The notes under the pieces are model-generated. The model was not told the origin of the DNA. It saw nothing but the letters and a program-made list of their open reading frames with translations, and made no database searches. 63,847 bases of DNA, taken from Thecamonas trahens ATCC 50062 (lineage: Eukaryota; Protista; Apusomonadida). The DNA is taken from assembly GCF_000142905.1 (NCBI RefSeq), contig NW_013657655.1:1-63847 (forward strand), given 5' to 3'. Positions 9,875 through 21,415 of this stretch are shown here, one piece after another. A program made the translations under genes and the position numbers. Position 1 is the stretch's first letter; each line of letters starts with the position of its first letter.

Positions 9875-11247
9875 ATGGCTGCCGAGAACAACCCGCTGGG
9901 TTTGGACGTGGCATCGGCCGCTCGCGACGGTTCGGTCCAGAGCAACGGGCCCGTCGCCCTCATTACCGGAATCACCGGCCAGGATGGCTCGTACCTCACC
10001 GAGCTTCTTCTTGACAAGGGTGCGTATTGTCCAAACTCATTGCTGCTTCGCCAAGCCCATGCCTCTTGCATAGTTCCGTTGCCGGCCGTGGATTCCCATT
10101 TTGTCGTTTCGGGCGGGAGGAAGGAAGGGCGGGAGGGGGGGGGGAGGGGGAGGGGAAATGCAATTGAGAGGGCGATTGCGAAAGGCAAGGGGGTAAGGGA
10201 GGTGGAGGCACGGTTGGTGGTATGGGCTCACGAGGAGCCGAATTGTGTGTGCGTGTAGGCTACACTGTTCATGGCATCATCCGCCGCTCGTCGTCGTTCA
10301 ACACCGGCCGCATCGAGCATTTGTACGAGGACCCGCACCGCGACTCGCGGCGGCTTGTGCTTCACTACGGTGACATGACGGACACGACGAACCTTCTGTC
10401 AATTGTGCAGATTGCCAAGCCCGATGAGGTGTACAACCTCGCCGCACAGTCGCATGTCAAGGTCTCATTTGAGCTGCCCGAGTACACGGCTGATGTGGAC
10501 GCTGTCGGCGTCCTCCGCATTCTCGACGCCATCCGCGCCGCCAACCTCGGCAAGCAGGTCAAGTTCTACCAGGCCTCCACCTCGGAGCTCTACGGCCTTG
10601 TGCAGGAGGTGCCGCAGTCCGAGACGACGCCGTTCTACCCGCGCTCGCCCTACGCTGTGGCCAAGCAGTATGCTTACTGGATCATTGTCAACTACCGCGA
10701 GGCATACAACATGTTTGCATGCAACGGCATCCTGTTCAACCACGAGTCACCGCGCCGTGGAGCCACCTTTGTCACCCGCAAGATCACCCGCGCCGTGGCC
10801 AAGATCGCCGCCGGCAAGCAGAAGGTTGTCTACCTCGGCAACCTCGACGCCAAGCGCGACTGGGGCCATGCCCGCGACTACGTCCGCGGCATGTGGATGA
10901 TGATGCAGGCCGAAGAGCCTGAGGACTTTGTCCTCGCCACCGGCGAGACACACACCGTCCGCTCCTTCTGTGACGCCGCCTTTAAGGTCATCGGTGTCGA
11001 ACTGACCTGGCAGGGCGAGGGCATCGAGGAGGTCGGCATCTCGTCGGTCACCGGCGAGCCCGTCGTCAAGGTCGACCCGGCCTACTTCCGCCCCACCGAG
11101 GTTGATCTCCTCCTCGGCGACCCGACCAAGGCCCGCACCAAGCTCGGCTGGGTCCCTGAGGTCACCTTTGATGCCCTCGTCCGTGACATGGTTGTCGCCG
11201 ACCTCGAGGAAATCGGCGCCGGCGACAAGGTCGTCGCTGCAAAGTAA
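9875..11247 (+). CDS. GMDS: GDP-mannose 4,6-dehydratase; exons 9875-10019 and 10259-11247
   Basis: [65 protein letters not shown] intron at 10020-10258 restores KGYTVHG. Confidence 0.98.
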
Positions 11248-12573
11248 CCTGTCCTTCCTGGTCCGCCGCTGCGCTGCCACGCTCGGCGCAATTGCTTTTA
11301 GCACTTCAATTGAGTGATCATTCCTGGCACCCTTCTCTGGCACATCATGCGCACGCTCGCACTCGCGCCCGCCTGGCATGCGGTCGGCCAAAGCCGGACG
11401 CGCGCTTTGCCGCCCACGGCGCGCGCCAGCCCTGGCAGCCAAGGCAAGGGACTGGTGCTCGCAACAAGAGAGTATACTCGTCTTGGGGAGAGTAGAGGTG
11501 AGACACGCGAGGACAAACAAAGTGCCGCAGCCTTTTGGCAATCACACTCTCGGTTCGCTCCTGGACCAGTTCGTGCCGTCGTAGTAGAGTGCTGCTTCAC
11601 GAGTACTGCGGGCTTGGCACATCTCTCTCCCTTTCTTGCGCACTCCCACTGACTTGCTCTTGATTGCCTGGGCTCGTTTTCCCCCTTTGGTTTCACACCT
11701 AATGAAGTTCGGCAGCAGGGCCCGGGTTATGAGCATGGTAGCTCTCTTGCAGTTGACATTGAGCTTCGCGCTCCTTACGACGAGTACCACTGCGGGCGAT
11801 CTCGGCGTTCGAAGAGGCGCCTTACTACGCGCTGCCGTAGCGGAGCCCGATCGGCCGCGCGCCTGCGGCCCGGCAGCGCTGGCTGCCGTGGGATTGGCTG
11901 CTCATGACGTCGAGGGGGGCGGTTTGGAGAGTAGCGAATGACGTGCGCGTGCGTCGGGCCGGCACTAGCAGAGTGCGTGTGCGTTGCGTCCGATTCTGCG
12001 CAATGTGCAGGGTTCCTCTTGCCTGGCTTTGTACCGGGCTCGTGCCTGGTGGCCTGAGAGCTCGCGGATGCGGGGGTGGTGGCATAAGTTTGAAACAGAG
12101 GGGGGGGGGGGAGGAGGGGGGGCAACGGGTGCTGTCGTGTGGCCACCAACGCCTCCGGCAGGGGGGCTTTTTGGGAACAGGGGGGGATGCCGCGAGCAAA
12201 GGGTGGGATGATTGGATGGTGACTGGCTTTAGGTCGGCGGTGGCTGCAGCTATCACGGGCAAAGACTATAAAGGAGCGTAGCGATGACGATGGCCAAGGG
12301 GATGCAAGCCCCGATAGCGAGCTGGAGTGGGAAGGCAGCCTGGCACGCCAATCATCTGTCGGCAGCGTTGGCGTTGGCGTGTCTGAGGGAGAGGTCATGG
12401 GAGAGGGTAGCCGTGGCATGATATATCGATCTGATCGCAGCGGCATAGGCACATGGCTCTCTGGAAGAGCCGTCGCAGCTGTGTGCTCAGGGAGGGCTAT
12501 GTTGTCTGTCCCAAATCGGAGGCGGGCCTACACGAAAAGGTTGTCGAAACGGCTGCACGGCGAGAAAATGGGG

Positions 12574-12858
12574 CTACGGCAATGGACAACCTGCATCACG
12601 AAGGAGGCTCATGACCTCGGTGTGGTTGTTCCGCGCAGCCATGCGGATGGCGTAATTGTTGTCGGCACCGATGTCAACACGCGGATCTGCAAGCAGAACA
12701 CGGACGACCTCCCTTCGGCCGTACTCGGAGGGAAAGCGGATGGCCGCGTTGAGCCGCTTGCACGACGAGGCGAGAGCGAGGACGTCAGGCAGAGGTAGCG
12801 GCGAGGTAGGATGGTATGCAATGCGGTGAATGAGCTCGGTGGAAAGCTTGTCCAGCAT
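12574..12858 (-). CDS. Short F-box-like + ankyrin repeat protein (likely internally deleted member of an expanded family)
   Basis: MLDKLSTELIHRIA...DVLALASSCKRL (F-box-like), then YGRREVVRVLLADPRVDIGADNNYAIRMAARNNHTEV (ankyrin). Confidence 0.7.
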   Translation of the reverse strand: MLDKLSTELIHRIAYHPTSPLPLPDVLALASSCKRLNAAIRFPSEYGRREVVRVLLADPRVDIGADNNYAIRMAARNNHTEVMSLLRDAGCPLP

Positions 12859-13294
12859 AATGGCTCTTGGTCGCGATCCATGCCCTGGCCTTTCAGGCCA
12901 GGCCCCAAGTCCAAGCGCTTCACGCCTATGACGAGGCTCACGAGTAAGTCTGCACCCAGTCGGGCCCGGAACGTCCCTTCCTGGTCGGGGGCTTCGTTCG
13001 ACGTTCGGCTGGCTGTGGACCCTCTGGTCTACATCATTAAACTGATTTACACTCACACGTGTACCACATGTACTTGGCACGGACCACGCTTCCGTGCGAA
13101 GAAGCGCGGGCGTTGCCGTCGATGGCACAGGTGGCGCGGAGTAAGATGATGGGATGAGGCTATCGGTGGGAGGGCGGGGGGAGTGCTCACGGAACGAGGG
13201 AGGGAGTTGTGGCGCCGAGTTGGCGCCGCCAACGCCAACAGCGCAAGACTTCACCCCCCCACCGTAGGCTCCGTGTATGGAGAAGGGAGGGGAA

Positions 13295-15040
13295 ATGTCG
13301 TTGAGAACACTAGCGTTGAGAAAGGCTGTTGTGGTGGTAGTGGTGCTCGTGGCAGTGGTCCACGTTGTCTTCTTTCCGTACATGAAGCAGACAGAAGACA
13401 AGGTGGGGCCAGCGCTTCACAACCACCGACAAGCTCGACGGGGTGACGGAAGCCTCACCCACAGCCCACTCAGCGCAGCTCGAGTCCACCGATTCTTTGA
13501 TCCACGTGGAGGATGCTGGAACTGCTATCCTGGTCTCAACGCGGTAGCGTGTGCGGGGGCTTCCGAGTGGGTGGCGGGCGAGTTGAGCGAGACGTACGTC
13601 CGCGAGACTAGGTTTCCCGCCGCGGTCGATCCGTTTGTCAAAGACGCAACCACTGCGCAGCTTGTGTCACCGTATGCAGGGGACGAACCGATGTCAGTCA
13701 GCGCGGCGATCCAATGTTGTGCACTGAAGCTGCCTCCGGGTATGGATGAGGGCGCGCCTGTGTACTCTGGGAGCCAGTGCCAGCTGCGCAACGCATCGAG
13801 TACGTTGCCGCGCAAGATGAACATGGAGGTCGGCGAGGCAGACACACATCCGCACTTTACGGTCTTTACTGGAGTTGGCGGCAGTGCGGACAAAGAGGCA
13901 CAAATGCTTGGTCGGACACTCGGGTATGAGTGGCCGGAGCTTCTGGAGGTGTACGCGAACAGAGTAGCTGATTCGCCGCCTGACAGTCTTGTGTACGACG
14001 ATCGGGTTGTCGTTGTCATCCACGACATGTGGTCTGGTAACTTCTGGCACACCTTCCACAACAGGCTCATCCGGACGTTTGGAACAATGGCGACCCTTGT
14101 AGATGAGGGCCTCATCACTTGCAGTGCCGAGAATCCGCGTGCATGCGACATCGCCCGTGACAAGGTTGTCCTCGCCTTGCCGGTCCCACTCACGCCAATC
14201 AGCGACGTCGACTTTGTGGAGCTTCTCGGAGGAGGACAAGAGCTGATGACCGCCGACAACGTTGTGTATCGTCGGATTGTGATAGGAGCGTCGACGCTTC
14301 TCGACGCCAACTCGCGGGTCATCGAGCCGCGGTCGATCATCCTCCTCGGCCACTTTGTCCGGTGGTACAATCTCCAGCTTGGCGTCGACCGTCCACTCCC
14401 AGCGATCTCCATCGACGATGCTCTCAAGAGCAAGGATGTACCGCGGCTTCTCCTCGTGGAGCGGGTTCGCAGGCGGGCATGGGCCAACCCGCACGAGATT
14501 CTCGACTGGGCCCGTGGGCGCGGCCTGGAGGTCGACACTATCCAGTTTGAGATTGCGAGCCATGCCGAGGTTGTCGACAAGTTGGCCGCCGCCACAATTG
14601 TTGTAGCGGTCTCTGGGGCCGGGCTCACCAACCTCATCCACATCACACCAGGCACGGTTGTCATCGACGTGCTCCCTGTGGCCTCGTTTGGGCTGGAGGA
14701 GAAGGTGACGACTGACGTCTGCATCTTCTCGCAGTTGACCAATGCGCGGGGCGGAGTCATGATCAAGATTTATGACTACCACGGCGACAACAAAGTCCCC
14801 ATCTCGTTTGTCAACCGCGACCACTTTGACGGCCTGCTCAACCAGGCGCTCACACTCGGGATCCACTCGGCGATGGCACCGAGTTGGACATGGGTGAATG
14901 TGCCGCCGGTTGAGTCGGGAGTGTTGATGGCGCCAGACGACCTCGGCGAGTTTATTGCCTCCGGATTCCCCGGCGCGTCCCGTGAGCATGCAGACGAGCT
15001 CTACGCGTCGTGGCCACCGTCGATGGCGGGTAAACTGTGA
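13295..15040 (+). CDS. GT61-family (DUF563) glycosyltransferase
   Basis: N-terminal TM; GNFWHTF; RRAWAN...ATIVVAVSGAGLTNL...PGTVVIDVLP (canonical HGAGLTN, here SGAGLTN). Confidence 0.8.
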   Translation: MSLRTLALRKAVVVVVVLVAVVHVVFFPYMKQTEDKVGPALHNHRQARRGDGSLTHSPLSAARVHRFFDPRGGCWNCYPGLNAVACAGASEWVAGELSETYVRETRFPAAVDPFVKDATTAQLVSPYAGDEPMSVSAAIQCCALKLPPGMDEGAPVYSGSQCQLRNASSTLPRKMNMEVGEADTHPHFTVFTGVGGSADKEAQMLGRTLGYEWPELLEVYANRVADSPPDSLVYDDRVVVVIHDMWSGNFWHTFHNRLIRTFGTMATLVDEGLITCSAENPRACDIARDKVVLALPVPLTPISDVDFVELLGGGQELMTADNVVYRRIVIGASTLLDANSRVIEPRSIILLGHFVRWYNLQLGVDRPLPAISIDDALKSKDVPRLLLVERVRRRAWANPHEILDWARGRGLEVDTIQFEIASHAEVVDKLAAATIVVAVSGAGLTNLIHITPGTVVIDVLPVASFGLEEKVTTDVCIFSQLTNARGGVMIKIYDYHGDNKVPISFVNRDHFDGLLNQALTLGIHSAMAPSWTWVNVPPVESGVLMAPDDLGEFIASGFPGASREHADELYASWPPSMAGKL

Positions 15041-15183
15041 GCGGGTGAACCGGCGGGTGGGATGGCGATGACGACATCGGCGACAATCAATCGCACCAGG
15101 TCAACTGTCTTTGCACCCTTTGTACTTGCTCTCCAGCCCTAGCTCGCACTTCTGATTCCGATCTCTCGCCCAGACCCTCGACC

Positions 15184-15261
15184 AAGGGTGGCAAGGGCCT
15201 CGGCAATGGCGGCGCTAAGTGTCACCGCAAGATCTTTCGGGACAACATCCAGGGTATCACT
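15184..15261 (+). pseudogene. Histone H4 N-terminal fragment
   Basis: Translates [26 protein letters not shown] versus canonical [26 protein letters not shown]. No start codon and no histone fold follows. Confidence 0.9.
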
Positions 15262-15641
15262 GTTTGCCAAGTTTCGCCCAACACCCCTACATTTTCTTGA
15301 CTCACGTCGAGAGATCCTCGTCCTTGCGACGTCCCTGTGGGAGTGCTACAAGCTGCGGCAGGCCGAGTCACCCCGGTGTGTAGCTAGAGAAAAGATCACC
15401 ACAGATAGCGCATCCACTGCACATACCGCCCCACCCCATGCTACCCATACACTACCAAGGGCAAATACCCTCCCCCTAACCCCCCCCCCCCCCCCATCCC
15501 CCCACCCCTTACCCCTGTCCCAATCCTATCCAGTTATCGCAGCTGCCCCAGCTCACCGGGCCGCCGCCACGTGGCGCACGACCGCGACAGCGGCACCCAC
15601 CGTTCTCTCTCCCTCCCCGTACCCCCACTCCCCTGGCACGC

Positions 15642-16545
15642 ATGGCGTCATCTCACCTCGTCAACGCGCAGCCCATTCCGGCAGACTCCATCTACGGTAT
15701 TGCAGCTCGGGCCAAGGCCGACCCTGCACCAGTGGCCAACCTGGTCATCGGTGCCTACCGTGACTAGAACGGCAAGCCGTGGATCCTGCCGTCAGTGGCA
15801 GCGGCCAAGGCAGCAGCTGCTGCCGACGACACGGTCATCCACGAGTATCTGCCCATTCGCGGTGACACTGCTTTTACTGCTGCTGCTGCTCGCTTCATCT
15901 TTGGCGCAGACTCGCCCGTCGTCGACAGTCTTGTCTCCGTCCAGACGCTCTCGGGCACCGGCGCCCTGCGCGTCCTCGCCGAGCTGTTCAAGATCCTCGC
16001 CCCCGCCGCCCCGATCTACCTCCCCGACCCGACGTGGGGCAACCATGTCAAGGTGCTGTCGCGGACGAACCCGGACGCAGACATCCGCACCTACCGCTAC
16101 TTTGATGCCGCCACCCGCGGCCTCGACGCCGACGGCATGCTCGCAGACCTCCGCGCCGCCCGGAAGGCGCCATCGTTCTCTTCCACATGTGCGCCCACAA
16201 CCCGTCGGGTGTCGACCCATCCATGGCCCAGTGGGAGGCCATTCGCGACGTCTGCCTCGAGCGCGGCCTCTTCCCCTGGTTCGACGCCGCCTACCAGGGC
16301 TTTGCCTCGGGCGATCCCGACGCAGACGCCGCCTCGCTCCGCCTCTTTGCCGCCGCCGGCATCGACCTCGTCGTCGCTCAGAGCTTTGCAAAGTCTGCCG
16401 GCCTCTATGGCGAGCGCGTCGGTGCTGCTCACGTCCTCACCCACGCTGCAGACGCCCGCCCGGCGCTCATGACTCAGCTCGAGGGCATCATCCGCCCCAT
16501 GTACTCGTCGCCGCCGCGCTACTTTGCCAGTGTTGTCCAGTACCA
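15642..16545 (+). pseudogene. Aspartate aminotransferase, disrupted and 3'-truncated
   Basis: NLVIGAYRD*NGKPWILPSV (TAG at 15765-15767), VQTLSGTGAL, PTWGNH, CAHNPSGVDP, FDAAYQGFASG, QSFAKSAGLYGERVG, YSSPP. Frameshift at CCC 16159-16161. C-terminal small domain missing. Confidence 0.9.
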
Positions 16546-16664
16546 CTTGCCGGGTATGGGTGCACGGAGTGGGCGGGCGCAGGGACCCCCGCCCTCATCC
16601 CCGCCCGCTGCTAACTCCTCGCGCAAGGCCCGGCGTCAGGTGCGCTCCGACCAGCCAGCTCGAC

Positions 16665-17447
16665 ATGGCCGCCATTCGCCAGCTGGCAGGCCGCCCAAGC
16701 CGCCGCTTGGCGACGCCCTCGATCCACGCCGGGGTGTTCGATTTGTTTGATGATGTTACTCATGATGATGATGACGGCAAACCGCGGCCCATTTTCCTTG
16801 GGTCCCAGTCCGGCTTCACCTTGCTTGGGCTTGAAACAGACGCCTTTGGCGTGGGGGTGGCAAGCAGCCACCTCGCTGGCATTGGCAGCGGACTCTCTGC
16901 TCTCAGCCTGAGCCCTGGTGGCACAAGCGGTGGCGACAAGAGACAGCTCGAGCGGGCGAGTGGGGCTCTGGACGCAAGTTCGCGGTTTGTGGGCGCCGCT
17001 GAGGTTCTTGCCAATCACGCCTCCCAGCTCTACGCGCAAGAGAGTACCCTTCTACCGCCGGAGCCTGGATACGAGTTCTGTGTCGTCGACGGCGACGTGC
17101 GCGTGGCGCCGACAGAGCAAGACCGAAGAGTCCCGACGGTTGCGATCTTTCCCGGCGCAGTCGCCAAGCCGGGCTCGCTCACTGAGGCGTTGTCGAGCAT
17201 GAGAGCCGACTCTGTTGTGCTGCGCGGGCGGGCTAGCGTTGCGTGCGCAAAGCTGGGCACGACAGCAGACAAGCTGCGAAAGACAGCGTCCGGGCTGGCC
17301 ATGCTTCTCGACGCAGCCATTGCGCGGTTGTCGACTGGGATCGCGCTGTTCGAAGATGGGCTGTCTCAGGTGGCGGTTGCAGCAGAGACGGCGTCTCTGG
17401 CAGCGCACGGCGCTCGTGTTGAGTTTGTACCCCAGACGCCAGAGTAA
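16665..17447 (+). CDS. Hypothetical protein (orphan, island-associated)
   Basis: 260-codon ORF with protein-like composition; no recognised motif. Confidence 0.45.
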   Translation: MAAIRQLAGRPSRRLATPSIHAGVFDLFDDVTHDDDDGKPRPIFLGSQSGFTLLGLETDAFGVGVASSHLAGIGSGLSALSLSPGGTSGGDKRQLERASGALDASSRFVGAAEVLANHASQLYAQESTLLPPEPGYEFCVVDGDVRVAPTEQDRRVPTVAIFPGAVAKPGSLTEALSSMRADSVVLRGRASVACAKLGTTADKLRKTASGLAMLLDAAIARLSTGIALFEDGLSQVAVAAETASLAAHGARVEFVPQTPE

Positions 17448-17599
17448 ACAAGAGTTTGGGTGGAGAGGGAGGGGGAGGGGGGTACCCCCCCCCCCACCGC
17501 TTGATCACCGATCAGCCGATCAAAAATCAATGAAATGTGGGCACTCTGAACACTCCGCCGACCGCACACTCGTCTCACCCACCAACTGCTCCCATCGTG

Positions 17600-18781
17600 A
17601 TGTTTGGGTCAGCAACAGCAGTGCTCGAGAGTGCAAGTCTTGGCAACGGAGCTATTCCGGGCGGAGGCGGGTCTTTTGGTGGACCTCGTGGTCGCGGAGG
17701 TGATCGGGGAGGCAAAAGCCGCAGTGCGGCGCGGGGGCAGCGGGGACTCGTTGGTGTGGCGCCCTTCCACCTGATGAGAAGATACTGAGCAAGGACGACC
17801 TGACACTGGTGGGTGAGCTCCTTCGTGACCCGTCTGTAGCTAACGCCATCAGCGGGCTCGCGAGCGAGGTCTCGGGCTCGCTCGTGTTTGCGGTGGCTGC
17901 GGCAGAAGACGCGACGACGCTCACGCCGACGCCGCAGTTTCAGGCCATCATCGACGAGTTCTACAAGCCTGCTATCGGGTCGATGGTGCGCTTCTATGCG
18001 CAGTATGGGCTCATTTGCGCCACGACGGGCGTGGTGCCGTACACCGACGAGCGTGACGCGGCGGTCGTCATTGTCCCGCGAGGCAACTTTGTCATCACTG
18101 TCGCCGTCCGCCGCGGCATCTACCAGTACACCTTCTACTGGGACAACACACCCCAGGGCGGTGGCATCCGCCCATTCCCGGCCTTTAACGACACGTACGT
18201 CCGCGACGACCTTATGGAGATCTCGGCTTTTGGCGAGGAGGCGCCGTCGGCGGACGGCCGGCTCCATTCCCCGCTTACGACGCTGGTACAGAGCTATGTT
18301 GCGCTGCGCGAGGCCGAAGCACGCGAGGCTGAAGCAGCATCGCGGGCAGCTGCACTGTCTTTCGCCCTCGAGTCGGCTCCAGGGCCGCCGTCAGACCTGC
18401 TCACCGATGCTCAGCGCGCGCAGGCAGTGACGGTGGTCGAAGGCTACTATGCCGACGCTTCGCGCGGTGGCGTGGCTGCCATCGAGACGCAGCTCTCCAA
18501 CGCCGAGCTCATGGAACGACTGCGGACCATTCACGCCGAGGAGCTGCCTGAGCACTTGCGCCAACTCGAGGCATCGACGCGGACGACAACGCCTCTGGGG
18601 CGGCTGCTGTGTGAGCGGATGCTGGCTGCCGTGCATGGCGACGTCGAGCGGACGCGTATGCATGCCGCGACGGCCTCGTCGTCGTTTCTACACATCCCCC
18701 CAGGGCCAGCGAGTCGTGCCGCTCCCACCGCCACAGCAGTGGAGCCAAGGCAGACTCCAAGATGCGCAGGCGCCGTCGTAA
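17600..18781 (+). pseudogene. HK97-type viral portal protein-like ORF (candidate mirusvirus/Duplodnaviria origin), C-terminally truncated
   Basis: Motif order follows the HK97 portal N-terminal half: LLRDPSVANAISGLASEVSG; F..IIDEFYKP...YGL; VIVPRGNFVITV...YQY; DLMEI...DGRLHSPLTTLVQSY followed by a long helix. One extra C at 17762-17764 would join ATG 17600 to the main frame (17809-). Confidence 0.55.
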
Positions 18782-19246
18782 GAGCAAGCAGCGTGGCAAC
18801 GCTGGCAAGAAGAAGCAACGGAAGAAGCAGAAAAGGGCGCGAGTGGTGGTGACAACGACAACGACGACGACGACGACGGCCGGCCGGCCAACGCGCGCGC
18901 CGCAAGATCTAGGAGTACGACACCTGTCTTGCTCCGGGGCACGCCATGAACTGGACGGTGGGCGAGCTGCTCCATGGGGCATGGTGGACGTGGTCTGCGG
19001 CGAGCAGTCTCTACTCGCGAGCACAACAAGCTACATCGGGAGTCTTGGGAGGGGCGGTCGGTCCTGTCCCGCAGGTGTACGGCGAGGTCTTTGACGCTGT
19101 CACGGGCGATCTCGCTAACGCCAGCGCTGGCGGTGCGGTGTCCGCTGTTTGATGGCGGCTGGCTCTTTAAACATCGCGAGGTCCAACGCCTGAGAGGGGG
19201 GGGGGGGGGGGCTTTTTACTCTGTCACCATGGGGGTCAACACGGGC

Positions 19247-21054
19247 TCACCCTGTCGTTAACCAGGTGTGAACGGGAGCTAGACGCGAGGCCAACGTCTC
19301 CAGCTCGCGTGCCGGCGGCAACGGGGGGCGTGACTTGGGCAGCGCCACAGTGAGCGCGCTCCTGATAAGATCATCAGAGAGCGATGGGATAAACTCGGTG
19401 ACCAGGGTGTTGATCAGACTCTCCTCCTCCACGGCATCGTCTGCCAAGGCGACGTAGAGGATCAGGGTGACGACAAATTCCCAGCCGACCGCGTTTGCAT
19501 TGCACCCAATGGTCGTTGCGATGTGGGCGAGAAGGTCCTTGCCAAAGGGCTTGCCGCCGTCGGCGTTTCGCATGGCGAGCAGGAACCTGTAGAGGCACGT
19601 GACATGCGACTTCTCGAGTACAGTGTGCGCGCGTGGCACCTTGCTGTCGGCGGTAAAGTAGTTAATGAGAGCGCCAACGATGGTGGGTCCAACGATGGGG
19701 GCGTCGAAGATGTCCATGGCGGTGGGGCGGTCCCCGTTGACGAGCCTGGCGGCGGTGCCGCGGACAGGCTCCCAGCAAATCGAGGCAGCAGTGGCGACGT
19801 CGATGGCGGCAATTGTCTCAAGTGAGGCACGGTGGTTCTTGGTGGCTCTCAGCAGAAGGTCGACGATCTCGCGCGGACCGCAGAGGTTCTGAGTGGCTGT
19901 CGCGGCCACGCACGTGTGCTCGTTGTAGCGTTGTGCGCGGCAAGCATCGCATTGAATCCAAGCATAGACGCGCCCGCCACCCTGGAGACAAACCGCTGTC
20001 GGCCAAAGACGGGAGGCACGAGCCTGAGCGCGGCGTCGAGAACGAGCGTGACGAACGACTCTGTGAGCCTGAGCGCAGGGGCGAGAACACGCGCAAGCAC
20101 ATCGCCAAAGAGCGGATGGTACTCGACAGTGTCTGCGATCTCCACCTCGGCGACATGCGATGAGCCCAGCGCGATGGCCCGGAAGAGTGAGCCGATCTGG
20201 GCCAAGACCAGCCGAGCAACGGACGCCTGGTTCAGCCACTGCACCGGACTGCAGCTGAAAAGGTCGCCGAGAGCATGAGGCGAGACAAACACTGCCGCGG
20301 CAATGCCAACGCCCCAGGGAGCCATCGGCTGCGTTTTGGTTACATTCAGCGGGGCCTCTGCCAGGCGGTCCGGAGTCTGCCCAGCCATGTGGCGCGATGC
20401 ATTTGCTGGGGCAGCCACAGCACTTGCCGCGAGCGGGCCGCCACCTGCGAGACCAGCAAGCAGGTCCATGCTCAACGCACAGGCAGAATCAGTGGAGATC
20501 CTGGCCGCATTCGCCACTGCATCGGCACTGTTCTCGTCCTCGTCTTCGTCGTACGGCACCTTGACGTGGCACGGGTAAATAGCCGTGCTATGGCCGAGGA
20601 AACGCGAGTAGTTGGCGTTGGTCGTCACGAACGAGACGTAGTCGCCGTCAATGCCGGCAGGCACACCTCCCGCCCCATGGGACGCAGGATCAGCTTCGCC
20701 GTACACGTACATGGCCGCCACACGGAGTGCAGCAGGCTCGCCACGGAGTGCCCCGTCGCATGCAAGCATGCGGTGGTGGAGCATGTCGTCCGAGGACGCA
20801 GCGCGTGCTGCCATCAGGGCACGCGAGTTGGCAGCGCTGGCGTCCGCCAGCGAGTTGATCATGTTGCCGGTGGCAGTGCGAGACTCGCTGATCGCGAGAT
20901 AGTTGAGGACGGCCATGATCAGGCCGGTCGCAGCCAGGAGCGCAACGAACCCGACAAAGAGAGAGCCAGCCCACCAGAAAATAGGCGACATCGACTCGTC
21001 CTTGTCCGACTTGCCGCTCTCTGCATCGTCGAGCGCGCCCGTGCGGCCCATCAT
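19247..21054 (-). CDS. Hypothetical membrane-anchored protein, two overlapping frames (switch near 19850-19950)
   Basis: ORFs 19849-21054 (TM IFWWAGSLFVGFVALLAATGLIMAVL) and 19247-~19900 both read as protein-like; no family recognised. Confidence 0.45.
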
Positions 21055-21086
21055 TGTGTACTCGCTCGGGTGGGCGTGCCCGTGGC

Positions 21087-21287
21087 GATTGGTGAGGTGA
21101 TGGTTGTGCATTCGGCTACTCACAAGGGATCCCACGCAGTAACGTGCTACGGCTTTACCTCCACTGAAACAAAAAAGGGGCAGGAGACGTGTGGCTGGGG
21201 TGTGGCCTTGCTCCGAGTGTTTGGTCGGGGGAAGTGTGCTCTGTATTTGATGGCGGGCGGGGCGAGGCGCAGAACGCAATAGAGGCG
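21087..21287. repeat. 200-bp direct repeat, copy 1
   Basis: Aligns end to end with 23178-23380, with roughly ten substitutions or indels. Confidence 0.95.
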
Positions 21288-21415
21288 AGCGGTCGTGATC
21301 GACAACGCGACGCAGACGACGAACTGGGTCCCGGACGCACCGGGCGCGTTCGTGGTCGCGTTTTCGACGGGCTCGAGGAGGACACGGCGGTCACCGGCTC
21401 AGTAAACGACGGTGT

